A DNA stretch of 62,791 nucleotides, the filler included, from Phoronis australis (taxonomy: Eukaryota; Animalia; Phoronida), in assembly GCA_002633005.1 (NCBI GenBank). It is 7 parts of 7 records of this genome, joined end to end, with 100 filler letters (N's around TTAATTAATTAA, not from the genome) between each part and the next. Parts side by side here need not be neighbours in the genome. Positions count along the whole stretch, not along the records: positions 22,916 to 28,802 come from NMRA01000437.1; positions 28,903 to 45,049 come from NMRA01000251.1; 5 more parts are not named here. The stretch is one strand, 5' to 3'. Below are positions 25,921-38,507 of this stretch, in pieces; the first letter of the stretch is position 1; each line of letters starts with the position of its first letter. Under the pieces are notes generated by a model. That model was not told the origin of the DNA. It ran no database searches and saw only the letters and a program-made list of their open reading frames with translations. The translations under genes and the position numbers were made by a program.

Positions 25921-27944
25921 AGTGGCGGTATTCAGCCTACGTGTGAGTCACCTGTCAATCACATGTTGGTGTCAAGGTAACATGCACTCCAAAGTGTGGG
26001 AACTTGCGCACGTGCATCACTACAAGTCGGTCACACATAGCGACAGTCCCACGAAGTAACAAAAACGGGCGTGACTATTTACTTTTAAGCTGTTGTTATG
26101 AAAGACCCAGTTCTTTACGATATTCCTCCGTTGTCAACGTTCCCCAAAACTGCGATGTCAAGTCTATTCCTATATTTCCCGGCTCGATGCTCCCTAAGCC
26201 CATCCCTGTAACTAGATGCGTTAATGTCCTACCCACTATCGTCAAGCTGTCTACGTCGTAGATATTTCAGACTCGAATGGTAAGAATTTTTGTTCAGGCT
26301 GAAAATGGCCAATGTATAAACAAAAATATTCTGGATGGCTAAAAACGGGGTGTGGAAACGATAATTCACACAGTCACGCTTACGTGGGGGCTAACGCAAG
26401 AAATAGTAAAAAGCCAGCGACATTGGTTAAATCTGCTAACCAGTTTGACTGAGATGCAATAAGCGAAAAACAAAATTTGACTAGCCGTTTTTTATTACTT
26501 CNGCCAATGTATAAACAAAATTATTCTGGATGGCTAAAAAGGGGATGTGGAAACGATAATTCACACAGTCACGCTTACATGGGGGCTGACGCAAGAAATA
26601 GTAAAGAACAGCCATCGACATTAGTTAAATCTGCTAACCAGTTTGACTGAGACGCAATAAGCGAAAAACAAAATTTGACTAGCTGTTTTTTATTACTTCA
26701 AGATCATACACAAACATACATTGTTGCCAACGTTTGAATTCAGAAATCAACAGGCAGCAACGAAATCGGTAACCCAGTAAGGCACTTGTACTGTCCCTTC
26801 GGTCGCCCCACATCCTCTATAACCCGGCAGTTATATTCATCAAAATATTGAGAATTTGACATCTTTCCGTGAGTAGTGAGATTTGTTCAAAATACAAGGG
26901 CTTCCCACCTTAATAGAATTTGGAGGGTTGGCAAAACCATTGTCACATTTCTCTGGTCTGATTTTTTCGAATATATGTTTTATCTAGTGCACTGCAGACG
27001 GAAACTCAGCGCGGCAGACAAAGTCGCTGAAAGCGGAGATTTTGACGCCGGCGGCGTTCTTAAACTTTGCAAACAAGGGATGAAAATAAAGTGACAAAAA
27101 GGTTCAAGTATTATATTTTGAAGTGAGTTCATGACCCAAGACAATAACTCGTTACCTGTATTGTAATTCAGATTGCTAAACCACCGTCTCGGAGTCCCGG
27201 CGTCGTTGCACTCATTGTGATCATCGATCTTTTNAAATAACGATAGAAAAACTTTTTGAATCTGAGAAAATGTCATTTTCGTGTTAAAATTTTTAGTAAA
27301 AATTCTGTCAAATCGAATTTGCGAAAATATTATGATTTCAAAACTAAGAAACGTAGATAGACATGTAATACATCATTTTAAAGAACTTTTTATGATGAAT
27401 AATTTGCCAAAAATACATTTCAATTAGACATTCCTGTGCAAAGATATTGACCTTAAAGTCAACATAGCCGACAAAGAGAAGTCACTACGAACATTTTTGC
27501 GATTTCGAATTTTCATAAAATAACAATTACTCCAGGAAAAAAACAAATAAGGTATCATTTTAAAGATTTTTCATCAGGAAAGTTGAAACTTGATAATTGG
27601 TTGAGAAAATTATTGATGTTATTTTGTAATATTGTTTTTAACAATCATGCAGTTTGCAACCGGCTTAACTTTGTCAAAATCAATTACATTAAATAAATTT
27701 TAAAGATAAACAAACATCATTTCAAAAATGTATTGATGACAAGTATGAAAAATAGAACATCTTACTACAAGCTTCTGAAAGACATATAATTCATGATGAT
27801 GATAGAAACTGATAAATAGGAGTGAAATTATAAGAACAAAAATAATGAAGAAAGCAACTGGTTTGGTCCACAGCAACTTCCAACAAAGCTTACCTGGAGG
27901 ATATAGATCAGGGTGAGATTTATGAACAATCTACTCTGGAGTTC

Positions 27945-28357
27945 CGAATAGTAGTAGAGACAGCAATAATAGTATAGACTGGAAAATTTCACGATTTTTA
28001 ATAATAGTAGAGACTAATAATAGTATAGAACCAACATTTTTGCCACTAGAAAAGTAGAATAATAGTATAGACTGGAAATTGTCGGAAAAAATTAATAATA
28101 GTATAGAATGGAATAACGGTATAGACGGCAAATTTGTGGAAATTTAAACATAGTATAGACTGGAATAATAATATTGATTACAAATTTAGGTAAAATCTAA
28201 TAATGATATAGAAGGGAATAATAATTCAAAACAGCAAATTCTAAGGAATAATGGTATAGACGGGAAATCTGTCGAAAATTAAAAATAATATAGACTGGAA
28301 TAATAACATTGATTACAAATTTAGGTAAAATCTAATAATGATATAGAAGGGAATAAT
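27945..28357. repeat. Degenerate AT-rich minisatellite
   Basis: Recurrent AATAATAGTATAGACTGGAA core. Confidence 0.8.
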
Positions 28358-28802
28358 CAGGGCTTGGAATTTTCCGCGGAAACGCGGATTTCCGCTTTTT
28401 TCAAATGTGCTGTCCGCGCATTTTATTATTATATTTCCGCGTAAAAAAATCGGATTTTATATAAAATTTCCACGGCAAATTCCTTTCTTACGACGTTCAC
28501 CTCGAAAAGCGGAAGTTGCTCTTTATGTTTCGGAGGAACGTAAATTGTCAACATTGCCGGGGCATCTGGGTAAGCGTGGTGGGATTTTCAATGGCATCTC
28601 GTGTTATTGTAAACCGCGGCGACAAATACTACGGCTCTGTTGTGTATTGGCAATTCTACTTGTGGTTTTCCTTAGAATATAGTCACGTGGTATTTGTGCC
28701 CACAGGCCACGTGCTCATCCCCTTCTTGTATTAGTTCTCCAAGCGAATAGACGTATTATATTTTACTCTCATCTGTGTTGTTTTACTGGTTCTACGAACA
28801 CA

Positions 28803-28902
28803 NNNNNNNNNNNNNNNNNNNNNNNNNNNNNNNNNNNNNNNNNNNNTTAATTAATTAANNNNNNNNNNNNNNNNNNNNNNNNNNNNNNNNNNNNNNNNNN
28901 NN
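28803..28902. other. Artificial contig linker
   Basis: N44-TTAATTAATTAA-N44. Confidence 0.98.
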
Positions 28903-30004
28903 CATTCTCGTACGTTTCTTCATAGTATTTGTTCATTTCTTGCTCATAATCGTTGTCGCTTTCAAATTCCCTACTCTCCGCCGTTGTTCAATGCTAGTCG
29001 CTGATCTCTTGTGTTCAACCCATGATGTCACATGGCGGGAAATGTAAAAATTGGCAAAATTGAAAGAGAAATCAAAATTTCGAGCTAATGACACAAAATA
29101 ATCATGGATTTGGCTAAATTTTACGTCATACATTTAGTCTGTGGCCACCGGTAATTCGAAATGTGCAAAAATTCATGGTGTGTACTGTTTAAGCCACCTC
29201 AGTTACATGTATAGGGAACTCATTTTTACGACGTATCTGAGATGAAGCTACGATATCCTGTACTACAAAATGTAAGGTCAGGTGTTTGCCCTCACAGATG
29301 ACTCTATAGTTCTGACAAAACCGTAGTTTACTACATAAACAAAAAATACAATGTTGTGACACTTCAATCAAATGTTTATTTACCTCTTTCGGGAAATAAG
29401 GTAGCAATCTATTCTCCATGGTAACCAGTCCAAGACAAATTAGTCTGTTGTATTCTTTTTATTCATGACATTTCTTCACTAGACCAATTTAATAGTACAT
29501 TTGACAATAACGATGCGCACAAATAAGATGACCAATTCTGACCAATGAGTTGAGAGCTCGAGCTTAATTTTGTCAATAGCGGTTAATTGAATACATGAAT
29601 CGCCGGAAACGGATAGACATGGCCAAAGATGGTTTCACTACATGCGAACACCTGGGACATTTTCGTGGCCTAAGGGATGTTTCGTATTTGCATATGTATA
29701 GTTCGACAGCAGCCCTTCGTTTACACGATCACATTTTAAAATTGCAATGACTTGCGTTGTATTAAGGTTATGTGTACCGGCTTCTTTAAAAACACGACTA
29801 GGCTTTTTGTTAGCACCCTTGATACCGGTACGCTCGTAATTTCGGAACAGTCTCCTTTCTGCAGGTGTGCAGGTATGAAGTAAAACACTGGGAGACATAC
29901 ACTGTAACAAAAAAACTAATAAAAACGGTAGCTATATTTCGTGACTGCATGTCACATCATCAGGCAATGAGTGGAGTGAACATAATTATACAGAGCGAAA
30001 TCAA

Positions 30005-30106
30005 AGAGTGAAATGCACGTGACATACAAGCAGAGAATGTGAAATGCACGTGACATACAAGCAGAGAGTGTGAAATGCACGTGACATACAAGCAGAGAAT
30101 GTGAAA
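30005..30106. repeat. About 31-bp tandem repeat x3
   Basis: GTGAAATGCACGTGACATACAAGCAGAGA(A/G)T repeated. Confidence 0.9.
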
Positions 30107-31510
30107 GCAACACACGGTAGGAAGCACGTGTGGCCATTTCATCCGAATTCAGCCAGTTAATCAGGGCAAAGTGCAGCCTTGAAGAAAAAAGCGTCCGCCC
30201 ACATAAGTTCCAGAAACAAATAGGCTATACTTTTTGGCCTTATGTCAAATCCCAAATTAGTGTAACAAATGTAAAGGCAATCTTCAAAAATGGACAGGTG
30301 TATTTTGATTGACCAGGTGTGAATCTACACTAGGGTGGAAATTACACCACCTCCAGAGGTCGTGCAGCAATGAATTCTGATTATGTGGCACTGAAAAGTT
30401 AGACTGCGGCCGCGGCCAATTTGCAGTGCCAAATTTCTAAAACCTAGGGGTAGGCCAGGTTTGGGGGCATTTTTAGTTAGGTATTGTATGTAGGCCAAGT
30501 GAATCTGATTTGTTTGTATTTGTGAACATGCTGAAAATTAAAAAAGGCCACTTTCTTGGCTGTAGCTGCAGTCTTCTTTAAGATGGTGGCCCCCTGTTGC
30601 AGTTGTGCATTGCTGTGTAGCAACTGAGAAATTGGCCGCGATTTCAGGTAGCCCTCAAACAAGCCAGATTTGCAAACAAACTAGTTGGTTGACAGTACTT
30701 TTGGACCACATTTTTGGAATCGGTAGGAATTTTGCTTTCGGAATCTAATGTTGGCTTTAGTCGAGCATCGGCAGGGAAGTGGTGGTATTGGGGTGAAAAG
30801 TGCCGATTTTGCATTTTTTGTCCTTATTTTTCTTAGTCTATCTTGGTTTCCAATGGGAGTGAAAGGGTCAAAAATACAAGAGATAACAAAGTTTCTGTGC
30901 TCATCTGTAGGGCTTGTGATGTGAAATGACTCAAAACTTTTCTTTATTTGCATGCAGTTTTTGACAGAGTGAAGAAAGGGTGAAGAGTCCATTGACGTGT
31001 GTTCTGATAGGCAAATGCCTGTGAGAACTGTTCAGTGCCTCCTTACGGCACACTCATATCCGCCATTTAATAATTTAGAAGTAAAAGACTTCGCCCTTTG
31101 TTGGAAAATTTTAGTTAATTCACTGAACAGTCAACAGGATTGACGAAACACGATTGTCGAAACCAATGAGATATATATAGCTCATTGGTCGAAACTGAAC
31201 CGAAGAAACACGATTGAGCTAAAAATGCTATGTCTCATTAAATTGTGAATATGCAAATGAAGTACTAGTTCACAAACAACCCCGGGTCTTAAATTCTGGT
31301 GTTCCAGAAACCATCCGAGAACCAGATACGATTACAATCTCGCGAAAGTATCGTTTTGCGACACTGTTTTCATGTAAATGAGTATGGTAATATGCCATCG
31401 TTACCCTAATAAAATAAGGAACAATTATTATTATTTGTTCATTTCACTATCAAAAACCGATTACTTTGGAATTACTAGAGTCGTTCTATTCACACTTGTT
31501 TTCAAGTGTG

Positions 31511-31846
31511 TCAGTTGCGCTGCTGTGCATGAACTTGGAATTTTCCTTAATCTCAAGATCGTGTATGCGTGAACTTGGAATACACGTGCAAACTTGACAA
31601 GTTCACTCAAATAATCACGTTCATCGTAAACAAAATTTGCACTGCTCTAAATCAAATTTCATGTTGATAAGACAACATAAATTCCAACCAATATTTTTTC
31701 AACTATTGGCGATCTTATTCACCAAACATTAATGGATTTAACAATTCACATATTCCTGATTTCCCAAATGAATATTCAATTCCTAATTCACGCATACACG
31801 ATCTTGAGATTAAGCAGGATTCCAAGTTCATACACAGCAGTGCAGC
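31511..31846. mobile_element. Inverted-repeat element (MITE) whose right end is interrupted by a second MITE
   Basis: CTGCTGTGCATGAACTTGGAA..TTAATCTCAAGATCGTGTATGCGTGAA (31520-31573) pairs with 31787-31840. Confidence 0.8.
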
Positions 31847-32334
31847 CTCGTCGCCAAGCTTCAAGATGACGCTGATCGGTTTAGCCATTTGAGGCTTACC
31901 GGGTAGTTATGGGAAATACCTTCTGCGCAATGATTGGCTGCTACCTTGACGTCATTAAAATAAAGGCAGATTTTAATTATCTTCACAGGCAATGTTGCTG
32001 CCATTCATGAACCAGAAGGCATTGTTTTAGTTACTGTTTGAAACGATGGTTTTTGGCGTACTTAATTTCAATTCTTTTTTATTAATAGTATCGATCAAAT
32101 TAATCTGTTTTTGAAAAAAAGTCAGACCTAAATCAAGTTCGGCAACGTACCGTTATTTTTCATTTTTATATCATACTCCTGAAAATTTCAAAATTGGTAT
32201 AACTTCATATTACTCGTGATATTCCGGCTATTTGCGTAAAAATGTGTCAGAATTGTAATACATTTGATTCCCCATAACCAAGACTCGAATGGCTTAACCA
32301 ATCAGCGCCATCTTGAGGCTTGCGGTCGAGGCTG
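31843..32334. mobile_element. MITE with about 55-bp TIRs (CAGCCTCG...CGAGGCTG)
   Basis: CAGCCTCGTCGCCAAGCTTCAAGATGACGCTGATCGGTTTAGCCATT pairs with AATGGCTTAACCAATCAGCGCCATCTTGAGGCTTGCGGTCGAGGCTG. Confidence 0.85.
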
Positions 32335-33072
32335 ATGAGTTGTGCTGTTTTATCTAAAGCCGCATTTTATTTATAAATTGTTTCTTTTCCTGATTATATT
32401 TGTACACACAGTTCTCCAAGAAGTCATACTGTGGCGCTTGCTACAAATTTAAATATTCACGGTTTTAATGAAACGTAACATCTTTAACGAAACTGATTAG
32501 CCGACATTGCATCCACGGAATGCACTTGAAGAAAGAGAACAGAATCGACTGAATCGGTTTGAATATGTGAAATTTCATGGACGAAACAGAATTGTTCTTA
32601 TTATACACGATTGAATTCCCGAAGTAGCATTATATGTTTGCGATAAAGGATAAAATAGATAAAATAAAGTTGCTGAGCTGACATCGGATTCAGGAAGTAG
32701 CATAAAATAGACGAGTTCACGAAATAGCATTGGATTTGCAGAATCATAAGATTGTTTTTTTTTCTTGAATTGGTTGTGCGATAGTAGCAATTTTTGTCGT
32801 TTTAGCCCTTCATACTAGAAAGAACTTTCATGTGCGTACTGATTTTTGGGAGACAAAATCCGGAATTAGGGAGAGCGTTCGTTCAACGTAAAAATTAATT
32901 ACTGTGAAATACTTAGAAACGATAGAACAAACAAATATTAGAAGAAGCATGACTTTTGAACTTAACAAAAACATGTCCAAAGTGGCAAATATTTTTGTTC
33001 CACTTTAATTGAATAACGACCGTACTTAGATACTACACGCATCGGCCTAACAGAAGTGGCGCCCTCTTTCAG

Positions 33073-34148
33073 GTGTCTCGGCAAACGCAATTCCCAGACA
33101 GTGATCAGGGTGGTACGATTATCAGTTAAAGAGTTTCCGATATACCTCAATAAAAATCCCAGCTTCCACTCGGTTTCCAACAACTCGAACAACAACAACA
33201 TATTTCTGAGACTAGGATCTAACAGGCAAGTAACCATGAAGTGCGTTTCAAACGCAAACTACACCAGTAGCGTCAGGTGGACGGTTAGTAGAGGCGAGAA
33301 GAAGGACGTTGCACTTCAACAGTCCTCGTTGCGATACACTCTCGCCAACGAGACAAATGAGTATGGTCAATTGCACCAGAATGCAATCTTAACACTGATG
33401 GATATTGGCGAATCGAAATCGATCAAGTTTCGTTGCGTTCCAATCTTCGAGAATGACGATGTAGTCGAACTCATGAAGTATCTAAGTTTCAACATTAAGC
33501 TTTACTCTCCTCTGCGAGTCGGCTCGAATCCCAGGGCTCTGTATAACTGGGTCGGAAACAAGCGCAACATCACTTGCTCCTACACAGGAGACGCAACGTC
33601 TGTCACCTGGATGAAAGGAGGCGAATTAATCAGGGAACAAGAAATCTACGCGTTTTACGAAGTCGACCACAAAAAAGTATTGGAAGTCTTTCTAGTATTC
33701 GAAGGAAACTAATATCAAAGGCACATTTACGTGCAATCTGGCCAATCCGTTGGACTCAGCGTCCCACTCTAACCTCCTGCTCATGGACAAGCCTAAGCCA
33801 CCAGACGTGAGCTACACTTCAGCAAAAGGTTTCACGGACATAACTGTTGGTAAAGCGTACGTTACCCCAACTCTGACTGCCAACGAAGCTCTTGTACTCA
33901 GGGAAGTTGGTGGTAAGGTAAATTCTTCTCTCTATAGCATGAGTGCAATGCCAATTAGAGTAAAGATCAACCTTGACACTTTGAACAAGTTCACAATTAT
34001 TCCGAAGAATGGCTAACACCTGGGCCAGAGTGCACATTACACTATTAGCACTGCCGAGGGGCAACCAAACTCCTCAAACACAGTAGCAACGAGAGCGATC
34101 GTCTTCATTGTCGGAATGGCATTACTGTACGGTGTGGCTACAGAATAA
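33073..34148 (+). pseudogene. Ig-domain cell-surface protein pseudogene (paralog of 43629-44847) with GPI-signal-like C-terminus
   Basis: Colinear with the downstream paralog (RNITCSYTGDATSVTW, CVPIFENDDVVE, MDKPxPP). Frameshift near 33690-33715, TAA at 34014-34016 where the paralog has TAC, then ...PNSSNTVATRAIVFIVGMALLYGVATE-stop. Confidence 0.85.
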
Positions 34149-34213
34149 GTGAAAATACGGAATGGATGGACGGATTTCTAAGAACTGCCTGCAACAATAG
34201 GGACGAGGATGGC

Positions 34214-34352
34214 TACTCACTGAAGACTCTCCCCGGCAAAGCCAGGCTGCCCTATTCAAATTCAAAACTACTTAATAGAGGATACTCACTGAAGACTCTC
34301 CCCGGCAAAGCCAGGCTGCCCTATTCAAATTCAAAACTACTTAGTAGAGGAT
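34214..34352. repeat. 69-bp tandem duplication
   Basis: TACTCACTGAAGACTCTCCCCGGCAAAGCCAGGCTGCCCTATTCAAATTCAAAACTACTTA(A/G)TAGAGGA occurs twice. Confidence 0.92.
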
Positions 34353-34454
34353 AAAAGGCTATACCTAAATCGGTTTTCGTCATTTAGGCAGCTAAAAGTC
34401 TTAATGAACGAACTAAATTGTACTAATAAAGAACTTCATGCTTCATAATACCAC

Positions 34455-35308
34455 TTGTCCGTCGACTATAATCCAGCCTTCATTTCACTCACGGAACGTT
34501 ACATTACACATTACGAATCATTAAATCAGGTTTCAGCCCTCGCTATGAGCACGCCATTCTATGACTTCAGAAATACAACAAGACAAAATCTTAAGGTGCA
34601 TCGCAGTAAACAAGCTAGCGATGGTTCATACGCGTTACTATTTGCGTTTTCCTTGTCTCGTTTTCTTTGAAGAGTGGAAGTTTGCAATTACGGCGTTTTC
34701 CCGTTGCTCCCAACTTGTTCGATTCTATAGCCCAACAAGTTGGGAAGGTCACCCCTGTAGCCAATATCTTGCACGACTGGTTAACTCCATTCTGGCATTT
34801 ATAGTAGTTGCAGGGCCGGCTCTTTTTTGTTCGATAATTGCTCTAACCTCCGAACAGATCGTATCTAGCCTGCCTTGGCAGTGCTGCTAAAAATGAAAGT
34901 TAAGTTATAACATATTTGAACATAAACCGATAACATTTCTGAATTCTTTGTCAACTGCTGATCATGTTTAGTTTTTGAATCACCAAAATCGCCCAACTAC
35001 AACAGAAGTTAAGACAATCCATTCTGCCAGGTTTCAGTAAATACCCTTTGAAGCCTGGGAGATAATTTGCCTGCTTGTTGTCTTACGGGACAAAAGACCG
35101 TGCTGGGCAGTTAACAAAGGAGCCAGATGTTATCGCACGTTCAGAACCCTTCACGTCTGGAAAAGGTGCTGGACGACAGAACGCTGTCATGGAAGTGAAA
35201 GAAAACAATTTAAATAGCTGTGAAGTTGATAATTTTTCAGCGTACGCCGCCAATTTGACTTATGATAAAACTAGCTGTCAGGCGAGACTGGAAAATAGAG
35301 TTATGTGA
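34455..35308 (+). pseudogene. Decayed Ig-domain coding remnants
   Basis: DKILRCIAVNKLAMVHTRYYLRF resembles an Ig F-G strand (CxAxN), followed by hydrophobic ILAFIVVAGPALFCSIIAL; RQNAVMEVKE...FSAYAAN resembles the HQNAKMTLK strand of the paralogs; frames are broken. Confidence 0.4.
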
Positions 35309-35339
35309 GAAAATTCATAGTTTCCGTTCAATGAGGGAC

Positions 35340-37368
35340 TTAAAACACACATCGAGTGATTGATTTCGTCGAGATCACAAACTGGAGCTGCCACAGGACA
35401 TGTTTCGAAAATCCATAACTTACAGAAAGCACACGCGATGGAGTTTCGCTAAGAAGTTCAATCAAGCCACACAGATCGATATGAAGGATCTGGGTTTGCG
35501 GTGGAATCGTCGCATGCGACACCTTCTGGTGTGGACGAGTCATCACCAAGGGGTAGTATCTTCTTGAATAATGGGGAGCTTCTTCCAACGCGATTTTCAT
35601 CATCGAAGGCCATAATCATGGTTCTTTTAATGGACTCTGCTTTGAGCTACCTTTGGTGAACTACCTTTGACAAGGTTGTGGAAGGTTTTCACCAGGACTA
35701 GACAGCTCACTTGTATCTCGCAGCGCCATACAAACTGTATACCACTTTGTCTATGTGTTGATTTTCTTCTCAGCTTTTGAACGTGGTTGTAGTGACGAAC
35801 AATGTAAGGTCGGATTGAGTACCAGAATGGTGAGACAACTTGGTGCACATCGTTTTCTTCAGGCACAGCGAGGTTGAAGTGACGCCTGAAGCGAAATGTG
35901 GCGCTCTCAGAAAAGAATGTAACGCCACTTTCCATGCTTCTCCATGGTTCCCACAAACCTGGCTACGTAACCATTGGCGTGGAGCCACAGTGGCTTAACT
36001 TTCCGATTTTGGTAGTGCAAAAGTGACGCGAGCGTTGCGAAGTCATCGCTGGTAAAAAGGATTCCGTTCTGACACTTCAACACCTCTAGGGAACCGAAAG
36101 AAGGGAAGATCTGGTCGACCTTGAATATCACAGATTCTGTCGCTGTTTATCGTACAGGTTCGCCTATAACACAGCATGAAAAATATATGTTAGCTACGTC
36201 GACACTGGAAAGGTCAAATAACTTCTGTGGTTCGAAACTAGAAACCGGTGTCGCTATCTGGCAATTCAAGAATGATTAGATCTTTTGTTCGATGAGATGA
36301 TCTTTGAAAAGAAACAATACTGACTCATGCACGAGGGATTTAGTTTCGTCTATGCCGAGATGTACCTGATGTGCTTTGTTGATGGTTGTATCGAAGAACA
36401 TGTAAGGATGGCGATGCAGCTTAGTTTCAAGAGGATCTTCTAGTCTGGTGTGCTAGTGAGATCTTCTTTGGTCATTCAATATCTTGTCATATATTTGGTA
36501 TTGCCTTAGACGAAAGGCTTGTGCCACTGTACTGATTGTGTTTTTGTTGTTATTCAATAATCAGATCACAAGAATGTCAACGTCGTCGTGCATTATGTTA
36601 CAAACTTTACCTTAACTACTACAGCAACACCATTTGAGTACAGAATAGTATGTGTGCCATAACATGCCAGCTTTATGACAACAATAGACAACGTCCATGC
36701 GAGTCCATGAAGACAGTGCCCAATTAAGTGTCTGTGCGAATCGGGGAACTTCACGCTGAAGAAGTGGTGGTTATGCTATAATTAAACTTACTTGTGTAGA
36801 CACATACTTTACACACTAAACTCAAATATCTAAAACAAACGTACTTGAGAATGTACGTATTGGTTGTGCTTTGTGACTGTGAACTGTATATTGTTCGTCT
36901 TAACCTGCAAGGTAAAATTCTCAAAGCGTTGTGGTATAGTCGTACAGAACGAGCGACCAGAGCGTGTGATGTGCTATGTTGTGACTTCGTGACTCATTGT
37001 GACTTGAAGTCACGTTTGATGCCTGGATTTGAGTCACGAAGGTGAATTCTGTTTCTTAGACACGTGTCTCCGTTGACATAGACCGGTGCGACTTTCTCTT
37101 GCACACAACCAGGAGTCCATCTGAAGCCTCTTTGCTTGTAGATGTATCTTGCACAATAAAAAGCTCCAGAAGTGGTCTTTGTAAGCCTAACGAAGTAGTG
37201 CTTAGCCTTCTGTCTCTTCGCAACTAAGTCAGACGTAACCCGACACTGTAGCTGAGGTTGATACGATTCACTTTGGCGCAGTGAAAATGATTGCGTTCTT
37301 CTTTCCATTTGAACCGTTGCACTGGATATCCCAAATGGACGAGCCCAATCAAATTTGAAGTCGTACAC
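35340..37368 (-). pseudogene. Decayed Ig/FN3-type surface protein gene on the minus strand
   Basis: 36285-36229 reads KDLIILELPDSDTGF*FRT, matching Ig LxIxxLxxxDxGxYxC with Tyr changed to stop; 35700-35570 gives SW*KPSTTLSKV...IMAFDDENRVGRSS (FN3-like); ORF 36994-37368 has LTKTTSGAFYCAR. Many stops and frameshifts. Confidence 0.5.
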
Positions 37369-37570
37369 CCAAATTTATTCCACCAGACGACTATACACCA
37401 ACCGTGAAATATGCCTCTACCGTTTTTACGGATTGGCTCTAGTTTACCGTATCCAATAGCTTAGTTCACTGCGCATCCATTGACCATACTCATGCGCACA
37501 CCCCCTTGAAAATTCGAGCCCCCCATTTGTAGGCTGGGTGAGCGCATGGTAGTCACACATATATGGGATA

Positions 37571-38507
37571 CAGTGGCGGATCTAGGATATCACAAGGTGG
37601 GGCCCAACATTTTGTCCGGCTGTAAGCATTTGCGCAAACCACGATTTTAGATGCACATAGCACCGAATGGGGGGAGGTCGGGAGGTGGGCAAACCCCCCT
37701 CCCGCCCAGGAACTTTTTCTGTTTTTCTTCTAAAAATCAAGTATTTTCCTTGATTCCTGAAGTATTTATCCAAGGAAAAAAGTCAAAAAAAACAAAACAC
37801 GGAGAACGTGTCAAACAGGAAAAACTACCAGTACCACAGATTCGAAATCACGACCTGGCGGATAGAGCGCGCGTGGTTTACCACTACACCACCACGATTT
37901 AACTACTAATCTTATATTAAGAAACCTACTTGTTTACATGTATGGTCCACAATGTTTGCGCGCGAAACCTACTTCTTTTTGTAATGCTTATTACACGTTT
38001 TATATTTTGTGCAATTGGTTCTTAACAATTTTTTTGTATTTAAAATAGTGACGGGATTGCTTTGGAAATCGTCTTAAGTTAAGGTTTGACAAAGAGAGAA
38101 TTATGAGTTTCTGAGTGATTCACTAAGGCTTCGATTAAAATTCACATCTTACCAGTAGCTTCTGTTTTTTCATCGTCACTCAGGTTCCATTTTCTTTAAA
38201 AAATGAAGTAAATTTTTTTCATTGCACAGTGGAGCAGGCGACGTAAACGGAGTCGTAGTGCGCAGCGCTTCTGCCGGTCGCCTGGGATATCGCGGGAGAG
38301 CCTATACTTAGCCATAGTTCCGTTACGAATGTGCCGTGTTCCGAATTTGACACTTGAAACTGCACACATTTAAATCTTGTTTACCCCGTACAATTCCAAT
38401 TATCGGGGTTAATTAATAAACTCAACGTTTCCTTACGCTCTTGCTGTTTTATTTTTTGCGGCAGCCAAGGAGGGGGGAGCCGGGCGTCCCCCCTAAATCC
38501 GCCTATG
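37571..38507 (+). mobile_element. Family A copy 3 (hAT5-like non-autonomous element)
   Basis: Same termini and interior as copies 1 and 2; flanks GGATA and GGATG (4 of 5 match). Confidence 0.88.

Noticed and set aside
26308-26700. About 195-bp direct duplication
   Set aside because: The two copies are split exactly by a single N at 26502; most likely an overlap of two haplotype contigs.
24847-28802. Transposon-like single ends (TACCGTAA.. near 24846, CAGGGCTTG.. near 28358)
   Set aside because: Partner ends are not visible in the contig, so the elements cannot be delimited.
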